Shown one piece after another: positions 42,485-56,915 of a stretch of DNA of 64,000 nt. This DNA is from Mustelus asterias (taxonomy: Eukaryota). The notes beneath the pieces were generated by a model. It did not search any database, had not been told where the DNA came from, and saw only the letters and a program-made list of their open reading frames with translations. Within the stretch, counting starts at the first letter, position 1. Each line of letters starts with the position of its first letter. The position numbers and the translations under genes were made by a program. The stretch covers positions 145,824,001 to 145,888,000 of the forward strand of contig NC_135805.1 of assembly GCF_964213995.1 (NCBI RefSeq). Direction: 5' to 3'.

Positions 42485-43017
42485 CATTTGCTACCAAATA
42501 AACCTGTTGGTCTTTAACCTGGTGTTGTTAAAACTCTTACTGGGTTTACCCCAGTCCAATGCCGGCATCTCCACATAGTGAATGAAAGGTACAGAGTAGG
42601 TGTCAATATTGATTTGTTACATGAAATTAAATTCTCATTCTCCTTCACAACATTCTCTTTCATAACAGGCATAACGGGTATGGTGTCAGAAGTGTGAGAT
42701 ATTGGATAGATCAGGGGCTGCAAAATGTTGATGGACAACTGAAGTACAACACTAAAAGTCTGATACAGAAACATGTCCGCAACTGTTCATTGTTCCTTAC
42801 ACGATGAATTCTTGAACAAAGATCAAACGCCTCATAACAACCTGCCCTTTCACAAATAAAGTGGTAGTTTCTCAATCCAGCTCCAATTAGTGGGAAGCTA
42901 TAGAGAAATTCTCTCAAATTCACCACCAAATGGATAGAGAATGGACCGCCCTTTCCACAGAGAAAGTGGGTGGCTCTGAAAAGAGCCTTTGGGTTGTTAG
43001 ATTTCAGAGTGGTCGCT

Positions 43018-43831
<814 letters not shown>

Positions 43832-44407
43832 TGTAACAATCTCACAAAGACTTTGACAGAGAATGAGAAAGGCCGCCCAGATTCACTTCTCTTATAACTT
43901 GGGGAGGGATGGCGGTGCACACATTGCTGATTGGCTATGGGGAAAACCTAATGAGACCTTCTCCACAATGACCAATCAGATATCTGTTTAAAGCACCAAT
44001 CGGGAAAGGCCACGGTGCTGAGGGTGGAAAGTAAGGGCGCCAAATTCTCAGATTCCAACCGATTCTTTTTTCAAATTTTAAATAAGCGCCAAAATTTGAA
44101 TAGGAATTGTAAAAAAATGTAAATGCATAATTCAGATTTCAGCTCAAGATTAGAATGCACTCCATTTCACTCCCTAATCTAAAAATTCCCTTTATCGGTC
44201 AGTTCCTGATTTTGTGCGGGATTTCCCTGTAACTGAGAAGAAGCGGGAATTCTGAATTGAAAACAGAAAATCAGAGGCAGAAAGTCAGGAGCCACATTTT
44301 CAAATCCCAACCGATTGTTTTTTACATTTAAAATCCCGCCAATGTGTAAAATAAGAAATAATTAAAATAATGAACCAGCTTTAATGTGGGATTTTTAATA
44401 TTTAGCC

Positions 44408-45087
44408 ATAGAGTCATAGAGGTTTACAGCATGGAAACAGGCCCTTCGGCCCAATTTGTCCATGCCGCCCTTTTTCTTTTAAACACCTAAACTAATCCCA
44501 ATTGCCCGCATTTGGCCCATATCCCTCTATACCCATCGTACCCATGTAACTATCTAAATGCTTTTTAAACGATAAAATTGTACCCGTCTCTACTACTACC
44601 TCTGGCAACTTGTTCCAGATACTCACCACCCTCTGTGTGAAACAATTGCTCCTCTGGACACTTTTGTATCTCTCCCCTCTCACCTTAAACCTATGCCCTC
44701 TAGTTTTAGACTCCCATACCTTTGAGAAAAGATATTGACTATCTACCTTGTCTATGCCCCTCATTATTTTATAGACCTCTATAAGGTCACTCCTCAGTCT
44801 CCTACGCTCCAGAGAAAAAAGTCCCAGTCTAATCAGCCTCTCCTTATAACTCAATCCATCAAGTCCCGGTAGCATCCTAGTAAATCTTTTCTGCACTCTT
44901 TCTAGTTTAATAATATCCTTTCTATAATAGGGTTACCAGAATTGCACAGTATTCCAAGTGTGGCCTTACCAATGTCTTGTACAACTTTAACAAGATGTCC
45001 CAACTCCTGTATTCAATGTTCTGACCGATGAAACCAAGCATGCCAAATGCCTTCTTCACCACTCTGTCCACCTGTCACTCCACTTTC
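44408..45087 (-). mobile_element. CR1 LINE 3' end
   Basis: QKRFTRMLPGL...LRSDLIEVYKIMRG...FTQRVVSIWNKLP. Confidence 0.9.
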
Positions 45088-45422
45088 TTCCTCTCATTGC
45101 TGATTATGTGTGTCTGTTTAATGAGGAGAGGGCAATAATTGGAAATTAGGGCCAAATGAGCAGAAACTCAAAACGTATTTTTAAAAATTAAACCACCGAT
45201 ATGTAAGTGGACAAGCTTTCAGTCAGAAATTCTCCAGCCGGGCCGAATGGCCTCCTCCTTGCACTGTAGTTAACACTGCCTAATGTTCTTCTGGCAGCGG
45301 GAATTCCCATTTCTAGTACTTTGGACAATAATGTTGTGAATTTTGAACAAATTAACATTGTAGAATAAAACCATATTCTAATACCGTCTCCGTGTTTTGA
45401 ACTGCTGCCTCTTGGTGCCGCT

Positions 45423-45630
45423 CAGTGGCACCGTGGTTACCACAGCTGCCTCAATGCGCCAGGGACCCGGGTTTGATTCTTGACCAGGGTAACTGTATGC
45501 GTGGAGTTTGCACATTCTCCCCATATCTGCGTGGGTTTCCTCCGGGTGCTCCGGTCTCCTCCCACAGTCCAAAGATGTGCATGTCAGGTGGGGTCTCTTT
45601 CTTCATTGTAGGATTCTATGAATCTATGAA
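45423..45630 (+). mobile_element. HE1-like SINE
   Basis: Head and V-domain; absent at the paralogous site near 3920. Confidence 0.75.
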
Positions 45631-46032
45631 AAGCAGAGAGCACATTTTGGTTTAAATTTGTTCGTATTGAGATTGCGGCTTCTTAAAACACCGGGGCTTA
45701 CAGGCAATGGAATGATCGGTTATAAAGACCAAACCGGAACTTTTGTGTTCTATTTGCTCTCTCTCCCTAAAGACAATCAGTTTCCGAATAGCAACTCCTC
45801 TAAGAACAAGGCACAGGGGGTCAGTGGCCGAACATTATTCATGGGGATTAGTTAACGGACTCATCGCCAAACAGGCGAGAATTCTATATAATCCATAACT
45901 TTGATTGAAAGGCTAACGATAAAGACAATTTGACTTAAATAAGTTCTAAAATTATAAGAGTATAGCTTTCTGAGATATTGTGGGTGGCTCTTAAAAGAGC
46001 TGTTTGGTTGCTTTTTTTCATGCATCGCAGTT

Positions 46033-46874
<842 letters not shown>

Positions 46875-47189
46875 GCTGCATGCAAACTACAGACACAGAA
46901 TAACTGAAACTTTCGCCTGAACTCCTCTTTTATGGATTAACCCCAGACAACTCTGCAAATTAAGGATGGGTGAAAGACGTGTTCACCATTGGCTACTCTG
47001 CAATGATGCGAGATTGCCTACTTACTGATTGGTTAGTTCAGATAACCAATCACAATTATTGCTCCACACATCCGCAAATTCTCTCTGCAGTCACTTCCGT
47101 TGCCGCCTCCTCATTCAAACAATCCCCTGACTCGCTCAATCTCCCTGACAGCATCAGTGCATTCTCTTTGCTGGTAAAACTGGCGTTTA

Positions 47190-48000
47190 CACATCCTCCA
47201 CATGTCTGCGTTAGTTTCTTCTGGGTGCTCCGCTTTCCTCCCACATTCCAAAAATGTGAAGATTAGGTTAATTGGCCATGCTAAATTGCCTTTCAGTGCC
47301 CCAAGATGTGATGGTTAGCTTATAAGCAGGGTAAATGCATTACGGAGACAGGGGTCTGGATAAGATGTTCTTTCAGATCGTAACTGCTACGCAATGAGCC
47401 GAATGGCCTGCTTCTACAATGAAGAAGAATCATAGTATCCCTACAGTGCAGAAGGAGACCCATCGAGCCTGCACTGACAACAATCCCACCCAGGCCCTTA
47501 CCCTAAAAACCCACATGTTTAAACCTTGCTAGTCGCCCTGACATTAATTTAGCATGGCCAAACAACCTAACCTGCACCTTTGGACTGTGGGTGGAAAGTG
47601 GAACAAGAGGAAACCTATACGGGGAGAATGCAAACTCCGCACAGATAGTGACCTGAGGCCGGAATTGAATCCGGGTCCCTGGTGCTGTGAGGCAGCAATG
47701 TGAACCATTTTGCCACCGCGCTACCCTTAAGAGCATCCCACCCACGCTCCCCCCTCCCCCTACCCATTTATCATGGACAATCCACCAAACCTACACATCC
47801 CTGGACACTAAAGTGTAAGTTAATATGGTGAATCCACCTAACCTGCACAACTTTGGAGTGTGGGAAGAAACGAGAGCACCTGGAGGAAACCCACAGAGAC
47901 ACGGGGAGAGCGTGCAAACTCGACACGGACAGTCACCTAAAGCGAGAATCGAACTCAGGTCCCTAGAGTTGTGAGTCAGCAATGCTGACCATTGTGCCCC
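47190..48000. mobile_element. Cluster of three HE1-like SINEs (one +, two -)
   Basis: V-domain, head and tail matches. Confidence 0.75.
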
Positions 48001-48016
48001 CCCCCCCCCCCCCCCG

Positions 48017-49998
48017 TTAAGAGAAGAAAATAAGTACTTTTGTGGAAAGGTAGAAAAGCAGGAACAAAAGAATTAGGTAAATATATTGTCGATGAGTCAG
48101 TTTAAAGTATATCAAGTCAGTGAAAGACAGTATAAGGTCGGCAGAATATCGCGATTTACGAACGTCTGATAGTTTAGTATTCTGTAACCGGTTAAAATTA
48201 TGTACTGCCGTCGGAATTTCATGTGCCATCTATTGTTCAAGGTTTGCCAAATATAAAAACACTGCAAAGCTTAAAATCTAGCCAGTTAAGAATCAAACCA
48301 AAACGTTTCTAATCAAATAACTAGTATGTATTGTACCTACTTTGATTTTGATTCGGTGCCTGTTATTTTCCTAGAGTGCGGGGGTTTAGATCTGGAGCTC
48401 AGTTTAAAAATGGAAACGGCGTGAATTAAAAGCGTTTGGATATCACGGTTACAATGTGCGAAGTGGTATGATACAACTGCCGCTTGATTATTTTTATTAT
48501 ACAGTATGGCACTGCCATATAGACCCAAGAATAACATCATATCCTGAAAAGCCTTAACCAACTTTGTATGATATATTTATATACTATATGTTGTGTATCA
48601 AATTAGATATGGTGTAAGAGTACATCATATAAAGATCGGAGCTGTATGGCATGTGGTTTTAATGGGGAAAGCGATGTCTTTTGATAAGATTACATACAAA
48701 TGAATGGATGTCCAACTGCAGCCAAGAAAACCCAGTGCAAAGTGTTATTTGATTCACACTAAGCTTTCTATGGAAGGGGGATATGTAATTAAATGTATAA
48801 TGCATGAGCTAAATCCATACAAACATTGGGAAAAATGTGGACAGAGGTATTGCCCACTATGCTGAGATTAAGAGCTACCACAAACCGGACAACCAGATTA
48901 ACCCCTTATGAGCTAATGACAGGACGGGCGATGCAATTACCCAAAAGCATCATAACAGGTGGGATCGATGTAGGTCCACTAAAAGATAAAATCAGGAGAT
49001 ATGTTTTGGAACTGAGCACCCAACTAAAAGGGATGCGCAAATTGGTAAAAGACAATCAGGAAATGAAAGATGCAGAGAGAGAGCTTGACATGCTCCCTCA
49101 CGTCCCAAAAGTGTCCTGGGAATCTTACTTATTACATGGATTGGTCATACTCATTTCCATTGTAATTGTCTGTTGTCTAATTGTTGGATGCCTGAAAGTC
49201 TGTTGCAAGGTGATGGTGACAAGAATTGTGCCAGGAGCCAGTGTATACATCGAAGAAGAAACCCAGATGATGCTCCCCGAAGTCATCAGAAGAAACGAAG
49301 AAGGAAAGAAGAAGAACAAAGATTTATACATTTAAAATTGTTGGTCTAGGGATTATTAAAGTCATAATCCGACCAGAAGTGGGGAAAAATATACAGATGA
49401 GTACACTTTAAAAAATGACTGCCTGGCACATAAACAGTCACCTGGGAAAGACATTAAACAGGCACTGACTTTTAGTACAGACAGCCATTTGAGTTTAAAA
49501 CATAAAGGACAGACAGCTATTTAAAGTTAAACACGCAGGAATCAGATCCTGCAGGAAGCCAGCCAGGGCATGAGGCACTCATTAGGATAAGGACAATAGG
49601 GTTGGGTAAAGAGATTAGCTACAGGTGGGATCGGGAATACATCAATGCAGGAAAACCAATTATTGTAAATTACTGTATGAATAGACCAAAACTAAAGTAA
49701 TTGATAGGGAAAATGTCCCCATCCTATGAAACAATGCGATGTTCACATGCTTATGTCTGTAGCTGTGTGTATATGTCTATAATGATGTGCTAACGATTGA
49801 TCACTACTTGATTCCAACAATGTGATTTTGGCTAATGTCCGGTCCATCTATTGTGTAAAGGGTATAAAGATGGACCGCTCCTATTGTCTCACTGAGAGAA
49901 GGTTTGCTGCTTGTTAGTGCCTTGTCTCCACGAAGCTTCATTAAAATAAAACTGTATTCTTGAACCTCCAAGCCTGACTCAGTGGTACATTTCCCACA
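48017..49998 (+). mobile_element. Internally deleted endogenous retrovirus remnant with 3' LTR (about 49390-49998)
   Basis: ORF 48826-49335 has an integrase motif (W...LP..L.LR.T...T.LTPYELMTGR) and an Env-like TM helix; PPT AGAAGTGGGGAAAAA, TATAAA, AATAAA, ends in CA. Confidence 0.8.
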
Positions 49999-51192
49999 GC
50001 ATGAGTGTTTTCAAACTCTCTCTGTCACTGGAAGTGGATATGCCTAGTCTTCACTATCTTTACCTGAACTGTGAGTGGGTGATTTTTTTTTCCCGTCTTG
50101 TTCCTCGCATTTTCCCAACTGGCTTTCCATATCCATCAGCTTCTCAAGAGAATAAACTCTGTGGAATGCAATCCTAATTTAGTCAGTCTCTCATCATAGG
50201 GCACCCTGAACCCAGGTACCAATTTAATGCACCTTTGTTCAACAGTCTCCAATGTGAGTATTGTTAACTATAGTATATCTGGTTCCCTGAACTTTTTATG
50301 GGAGTCTGGATTTTAGAACACACAGTATTTTGCTTTTTTTCAAATAACCTCGACCAGTTGTAGGCATTATTAGCAACAGCGTGGTTCAATGCTGACTGTG
50401 CTAATAACTAAGTTAACCACTTCTAATTTTAATAAAATGACATTTTATAGATAATCATTGATTATGCCTTTGGGCATTTTATATATGCTTAATGCAATAG
50501 CATCTAAGGGAGGACATTGTACTGAATCATTTCTTAAAGGTGTGGTATTGTTTAAATTCACCAGACAGGAAGTAACTGATATAAACTCTTACCTTCCTTG
50601 ACAGAATTGACAGTTGCAAGTTGAAAGCCACACTAACATATCAGAAATTCACAGCTCCCAAGCAAAACCAACATCAATACAGTAACATAATGATAGAAAA
50701 AGAATAAACAAAATTCTTGAAGTAAATAAATTGGAATACAAGGGGGAAAATCGGCACGCCCATTGTTGAATCTAAGTGATACAGATTAAAATCCACATTC
50801 AGACATCTGAATATGGCATACAAAAGAAAGGATCAGTTTCTCATCACTATGAGGCCAGGTGAAAACTTATAGGCAAAGACACATCAAATAGCAATTATGT
50901 ACCGATACAGATATAATCCATACTCTGTAATAAAGATAATAATCTCACATACCAGAGATTCATGCTGGTGCATCAGCAGATATGATGAACAAATGAATCA
51001 TTTCCCACACACTGAGCATTTAAAAAGCCTCTCATCAGTGTGAATACTTGTAGCAAGAGGGTGTTGCTATTTTTTCTCTCACTGTCAGAATAATGTTGTT
51101 TCTTTCTCTTTCTTTATCTGTTAGTTTGTGGTAATCTGCACATTGTTTCCATTCTAGTGTAGAAATCCTTTTGTTTGACGACTGTTCATAAG

Positions 51193-51528
51193 GTGGAACG
51201 GTGGCATAGTGGTTAGCACTGCTGCTCACAGCTCTCGGGAGCTGGGTTCGATTTCCGGCTTGGGTCGCTGTCTGTGTGGAGTTTGCACATTCTTCCTGTG
51301 TCTGCGTGGGTTTCCTCTGGGTGCTCCGGTTTCCTCCCACAGTCCAAAGATGCATGGGTTAGGTTGATTGACCATACTAAATTGCCCCTTAGTTTTCAGG
51401 AATGCGTAGGTTAGAGGGGTTACTGGGGTAAATATGGGGGTTGCAGGGATAGGCCTGGGTGGGATTGTTGTCGGTGCAGACTTGATGAGCCAAAATGGCC
51501 TCCTACTGCACTGTAGGGGTTCTATGGA
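51193..51528 (+). mobile_element. Full-length HE1-like SINE
   Basis: A and B boxes, V-domain and tail; absent at the paralogous site near 7560. Confidence 0.85.
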
Positions 51529-53944
51529 TTGTGAAATAGACTGTTCACGCTATGATTTCTCCTCTCTGTGTACCCTCAATGATTTGCATCACTCTGCACT
51601 CACCGCTTTTGCATATTATATGTGAATATGTGGATTTTGTGCCTGTGTTATCGCTCAGTATTTGTGAAGTATGCATAACTGGGATTCAAACTGTCTCTGT
51701 CTTGTAATGCCTGTGAGAGTTTGTTCCAGCAGAATCTGTCTGGAAAAAATGTAAGGTTGAAGTTGATTGTGATCCATTCAAAATATTTGAGTTAGATTTC
51801 TTTAGTGGTCATTCAATCTGTGGCATGTTATATGTTTGTGGGATTCAGCTCTCTGTCTACTCAATTTTGAAAGAACATCTATTACATATATGACTGTGGT
51901 GAAAGCTCTGCACTGAATGTTCTCATAATCTCAGTGAGGTGGGTTTAGTGCATGGCTTCTCAGTTTCTTGGATATTTTGTGAGTGTAGACATGATTCTAT
52001 ATTTCCCTTGAATCAAATACGAGTGTGGATTAACTCATCAAGATGTAGCTGACATTGTGTGTTTGATTTATTTAAATTCCCTGTGTTTCTGCTGTTGGGT
52101 GTGAGTGTCCCATCATCTGTGTCTTTCAGTGCCTGATACATTGCATCATTTTCAGACTAATTGTATCCGATTGTGGGGTAGTTTCTGTTTTCGTGTAGAT
52201 CTTTTATGAACAAGATTATTTTCCCGATTCTTCTATTTCAGAGAATGTAAATGACTGGGATTTCTTATATAGATTTCAGTCTTAGCAGTTTTTATAACTA
52301 AAGGCTGCATCCTCAGTCTGTCAGCCTCAAGTATGGTGCATACAGGTAGGAATCAATCAGTAGTTTTTCTTTCACTGGTAAGCTTTGAAAGATTGTGTCT
52401 GTCTGAGGCAAGAATGTGAATGCCAGATTCATTTTGCAGCTATGATTCTGCGCTTATCTATGTAAGTGTAGTTTCCAATCTGTATCTGTTTTGTCGTATG
52501 TAAATGTGGGATATTCTGTGTCAGAACTTTATTTTTATCTCTGGTATTATGTTGGAAATATTTGTTTAATGCATTAACATATTGATATCTGTTCATCATA
52601 GGATCTAATTTATAATATGGATTTGATCTATGTTATAGTAATAGGGTACTCTCACTTGCTGTATTTGAGTTGTGAAATAGTATTCATTTTGAAAATATGT
52701 GAATAATTAAATGCTTCAGTGAGATCCATGGCCTCGCATTTAATTCCTGCAGTGTGTAATAAAAGACTTGTCCTCTTATCTTTCAGTTTTATAGAATGGG
52801 CAGGGATTTTTTATTTTGGACTGGTGTGCAACATGTGACCTTGGTTGAATTCTTGGGTACTTTGTTGCAATTATTACAGATTCTGTCTATAAGTTAATCT
52901 CTGCCTATTCTAGCTAAGAATAGCTATTTTATTTCTGACCAGTGTCACAAGGACATTTAAATCAGGCATTTTAAAATCCTGTAATTGATGTCTCCACCTC
53001 TCAACTGGGTTAGAGGGAAATTTGAAAAAGTCGCCCAATGGCACTCTATTTTACTCTTGGATTGAAAAGTGATCTCTGACCTTGGAAATGGTGTGGGTAT
53101 GAATAATTATATTCTTTGTTACATTGAGCCTGATGATCTGGCAGTATCTGTGTACTTTGTGAATGACACTTTATATACATTGTGTTAGAATTATCTTGGC
53201 ATTTCAGGTGTTTATGTTCTGTCTTTTTAAGTTGATACTATTATGTATCTACCTCAATTACAGACTTCAGCAGGCATCAGGAGAATCCATTGTCTGAGCT
53301 TGCAATCATTTTTTTATTGTATGTTTCAGGGTTAAGGATTGCTTTTTTACTTGAATTAATTTATTAATTTACAGGCCTATACTTTTGTTGTAACAAAGTT
53401 TCTATTCGAGAATCAAGTAGAATTTTACATTGAAAACACATTCATGGTAAGATTATGTTGTTATTCTTATTTTAACAATGACCAACGTCAATGCTGGAAA
53501 TATTTAATTAAGTGCATTAAAAGTATAGAAAATATGGGAACACTGCAAAAGCCGTGAATCAAACTATGGTCAGTGGCATGGAAGGCAACCCTTCTCACAG
53601 CTATCTGAAAATTGTACTTCACACTATGCTACACGCGCTGTATTCATAGAAATGCTTCATACCCTCGATCTTTGCAAGCTCAAGCTTAGAACTTTAAATT
53701 TGATCCATATAATGATTTGCGAATAGCTGAATCTGATTGTGCCAGTTTCCTGTTACCTCGTTCCAAGTTTCTGAATGAATCTTTACCTCGTTGCATGCCT
53801 CATTATCAACAAGCAGATGGCACTAGTCCACAAAAAAACTGGATCTTGCCATCTGTGAACACAAAACTGGAAAGCAACAGGCCTGAAGCTGCACTTGGAG
53901 CTGGTGAAGATATCCTTCATCAAGAGGCAAATGCAGTCATCAGT

Positions 53945-54425
53945 TTTAAAGTTTAAAAGTTTATTTATTAGTGTCATAACTAGGCTTACATTTACATGGC
54001 AATGATGTTACTGTGAAAATTCCCAAGTCGCTCTAGTGCCTGTTCAGGTGTTAGGAATGGGTTAACAGACACCTTCCACTTAAGTCCTAAATTGGATGTT
54101 AATCATTGACTAGAAATCACAAGGATATATAGAGAGGTTACAGGTGGCACTGGGTGTTGGGTGTGTGTATGCGGAGTTATAAAAGAGAATAAAGTGAGTT
54201 TGTGAAGAAGCTGGACTGGCATCATATTTTATTAAGAGTACAGCGAGGGAGAATTTAGCATGGCTGATGCACCTAAACAGCACATCTGCTGGACTGTGGG
54301 AGGAAACTGAGGAAACCGACGCAAACATGGGGAGAACATGCAGACCACACACAGTGGCCCAAGGATGGAATTGAATCTGGGTCTCTGGAGCTGTGAGGCA
54401 GCAGTGCTAACCACTGTGCCACCTG
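53945..54425 (-). mobile_element. SINE (alternative tail) interrupted by a ~190-bp solo-LTR-like insert (about 54049-54242)
   Basis: SINE halves flank an insert starting TG with TATAAAAG and AATAAA. Confidence 0.6.
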
Positions 54426-54464
54426 TCACCTCACAAGGGCTGTCTGTAGGATCAAGGGATAATC

Positions 54465-56709
54465 ATGATGTGGAGATGCCGGTGTTGGACTGGGGTAACA
54501 CAGCAAGAGTTTTAACAACACCAGGTTAAAGTCCAACAGGTTTATTTGGTAGCAAGTGCCATTAGCTTTCGGAGCGCTGCTCCTTCGTCAGATGGAGTAG
54601 ATATCTGCTCATAAACAAGGCACACAGAGTCACAAACTCAAGTTACAGAATACAGATTAGAATGCGAATCTTTACAGCTAATCAAGTCTTAAAGATACAG
54701 ACAATGTGTTTGCCTTGTGTGAAGATACACAAGGCAAACACAGCGTATCGGGCAATGGGACCCTGTGCAAGAACCTCTCCGGCTATGTCGAGGACATCCT
54801 GAAACCCATTGTACAAAGAACCCCCAGCTTTTGTCGCGACACTACAGACTTCCTACAGAAACTCAACACACATGAAGCAGTTGAACCAGGAGCACTCCTC
54901 GTCACAATGGATGTCTCGGCACTCTGCACCAGCATCCCCCATGATGATGGCATTGCTGCAACGGCCTCAGTACACAACGCTGACAACTGCCAGTTTCCAG
55001 ATGCAATTTTACAACTCATCCGCTTCATCCTGGACCACAATGTCTTCACCTTCAACAATCAGTTCTTCATCCAGACACAGGGAACAGCCATGGGGAACAA
55101 ATTTGCACCTCAATATGCCAATATCTTCATGCACAGGTTCGAACAAGACTTCTTCACCGCACAGGACCTTCAACTGATGCTATATACTTGATACATCGAT
55201 GACATTTTCTTCCTTTGGACTCATGGTGAGCAATCACTGAAACAACTATATGATGACATCAACAAGTTCCATCCCACCATAAGACTCACCATGTACTACT
55301 CTCCGGAATCGGTTGCCATTCTTGGACACACGCATCTCCATTAAGGACGGTCACCTCAGCACCTCACTGTACCGCAAGCCCACGGATAACCTCACAATGC
55401 TCCACTTCTCCAGCTTCCACCCTAAACACATAAAAGAAGCCATCCCCTACGGACAAGCCCTCCGTATACACAGGATCTGCTCAGATGAGGAGGATCGCAA
55501 CAGACACCTCCAGACGCTGAAAGACGCCCTCATAAGAACAGGATATGGCGCTCGACTCATCGATCGACAGTTCCAACGCGCCATAGCGATAAACCGCACC
55601 GACCTCCTCAGAAGACAAACATGGGAGATGGTGGACAGAGTACCCTTTGTTGTCCAGTACTTCCCCGGAGCGGAGAAGCTACGGCATCTCCTCCGGAGCC
55701 TTCAACATGTCATTGATGAAGACTAACATCTCACCAAGGCCATCCCCACACCCCCACTTCTTGTCTTCAAACAACCGCACAACCTCAAACAGACCATTGT
55801 CCTCAGCAAACTATCCAGCCTTCAGGAGAACAGTGATCACGACACCACACAACCTTGCCACAGCAACCTCTGCAAGACATGCCGGGTCATCGACACGGAT
55901 GCCATCATCTCACGTGAGAACACCATCTACCAGGCACACGGTACCTACTCTTGCAACTCGGCCAACGTTGTCTACCTGATACGTTGCAGGAAAGGATGTC
56001 CCGAGGCATGGTACATTGGGGAAACCATGCAGACACTACAACAATGGATGAATGAATACCGCTCAACAATCAGCAGGCAAGACTGTTCTCTTCCTGTGGG
56101 GGAGCACTTCAGCGGTCACGGGCATTCGGCCTCTGATCTTCGGGTAAGCGTTCTCCAAGGCGGCCTTCACGACACACGACAGCGCAGAGTCGCTGAGCAG
56201 AAACTGATAGCCAAGTTCCGCACACGCGAGGACGGCCTCAACCGGGATCTTGGGTTCATGTCACACTATCGGTAACCCCCACAGCTTGCCTGCACCTGCA
56301 GAATCTCACTGGCTGTCCTGTCTGTAGATAATACACATTTCTTTAAACTGTGCCTAATGTTCTCTCCACTCACATTGTCTTTATCTTTAAGTCTTGATTA
56401 GCTGTAAAGATTTGTATTCTAATCAGTCTTCTGTAACTTGAGTTTGTGTCTCTGTATGCCTTGTTTACACATCTCTTTAACCTGTGCTTAATGCTCCCTC
56501 CACTCACATTGTCTGTATCTTTAAGACCTGGTTGGCTTTAGAGATTTGCATTCTAATCAGTATTCTGTAACTTGATTTTGTGTCTCTGTGCCCTGTTTGA
56601 GAGTAGATTTCCACTCCATCTGACAAAGGAGCAGTGCTCCGAAAGCTAATGGCATTTGCTACCAAATAATCCTGTTGGACTTTAACCTGATGCTGTTAAA
56701 ACTCTTACT
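54465..56709 (+). mobile_element. Neptune-type Penelope-like element: inverted pLTR, RT, GIY-YIG and pLTR
   Basis: LVTMDVSAL.TSIP, GTAMG..FAPQYANIFM, Y.*YIDD, FLD, YRKPT, YIGET; TSD GGATCAAGGGATA (54449-54461 / 56710-56722); hammerhead at 54559-54595(-). Confidence 0.95.
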
Positions 56710-56773
56710 GGATCAAGGGATACCCAGAAATTAAGGCTGTGCGCGTATGTACACATGTGCAGTTGAGAGGAAG

Positions 56774-56915
56774 GTGTGTGTGTGTGTGTGTATGTGCGAG
56801 GGAAGGGCTGTGTGTGTGTAGGGAAGGGCTGTGTGTGTGTGTGTAGGGAAGGGCTGTGTGTGTGTGTGTAGGGAAGGGCTGTGTGTGTGTGTGTAGGGAA
56901 GGGCTGTGTGTGTGT
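56774..56915. repeat. Compound (GT)n-AGGGAAGGGCT minisatellite
   Basis: About 5 tandem units. Confidence 0.9.

Larger units (their letters stand above)
39928..42576. mobile_element. Neptune-type Penelope-like element with inverted 5' half
   Basis: 14-bp TSD AGTGAATGAAAGGT (39914-39927 / 42577-42590); plus arm 41564-42576 encodes C-x4-C-x2-C linker and GIY-YIG (LIRC...YIGET...HF...E...GLN); minus arm repeats EN/pLTR and an RYIDDIF RT piece. Confidence 0.93.
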
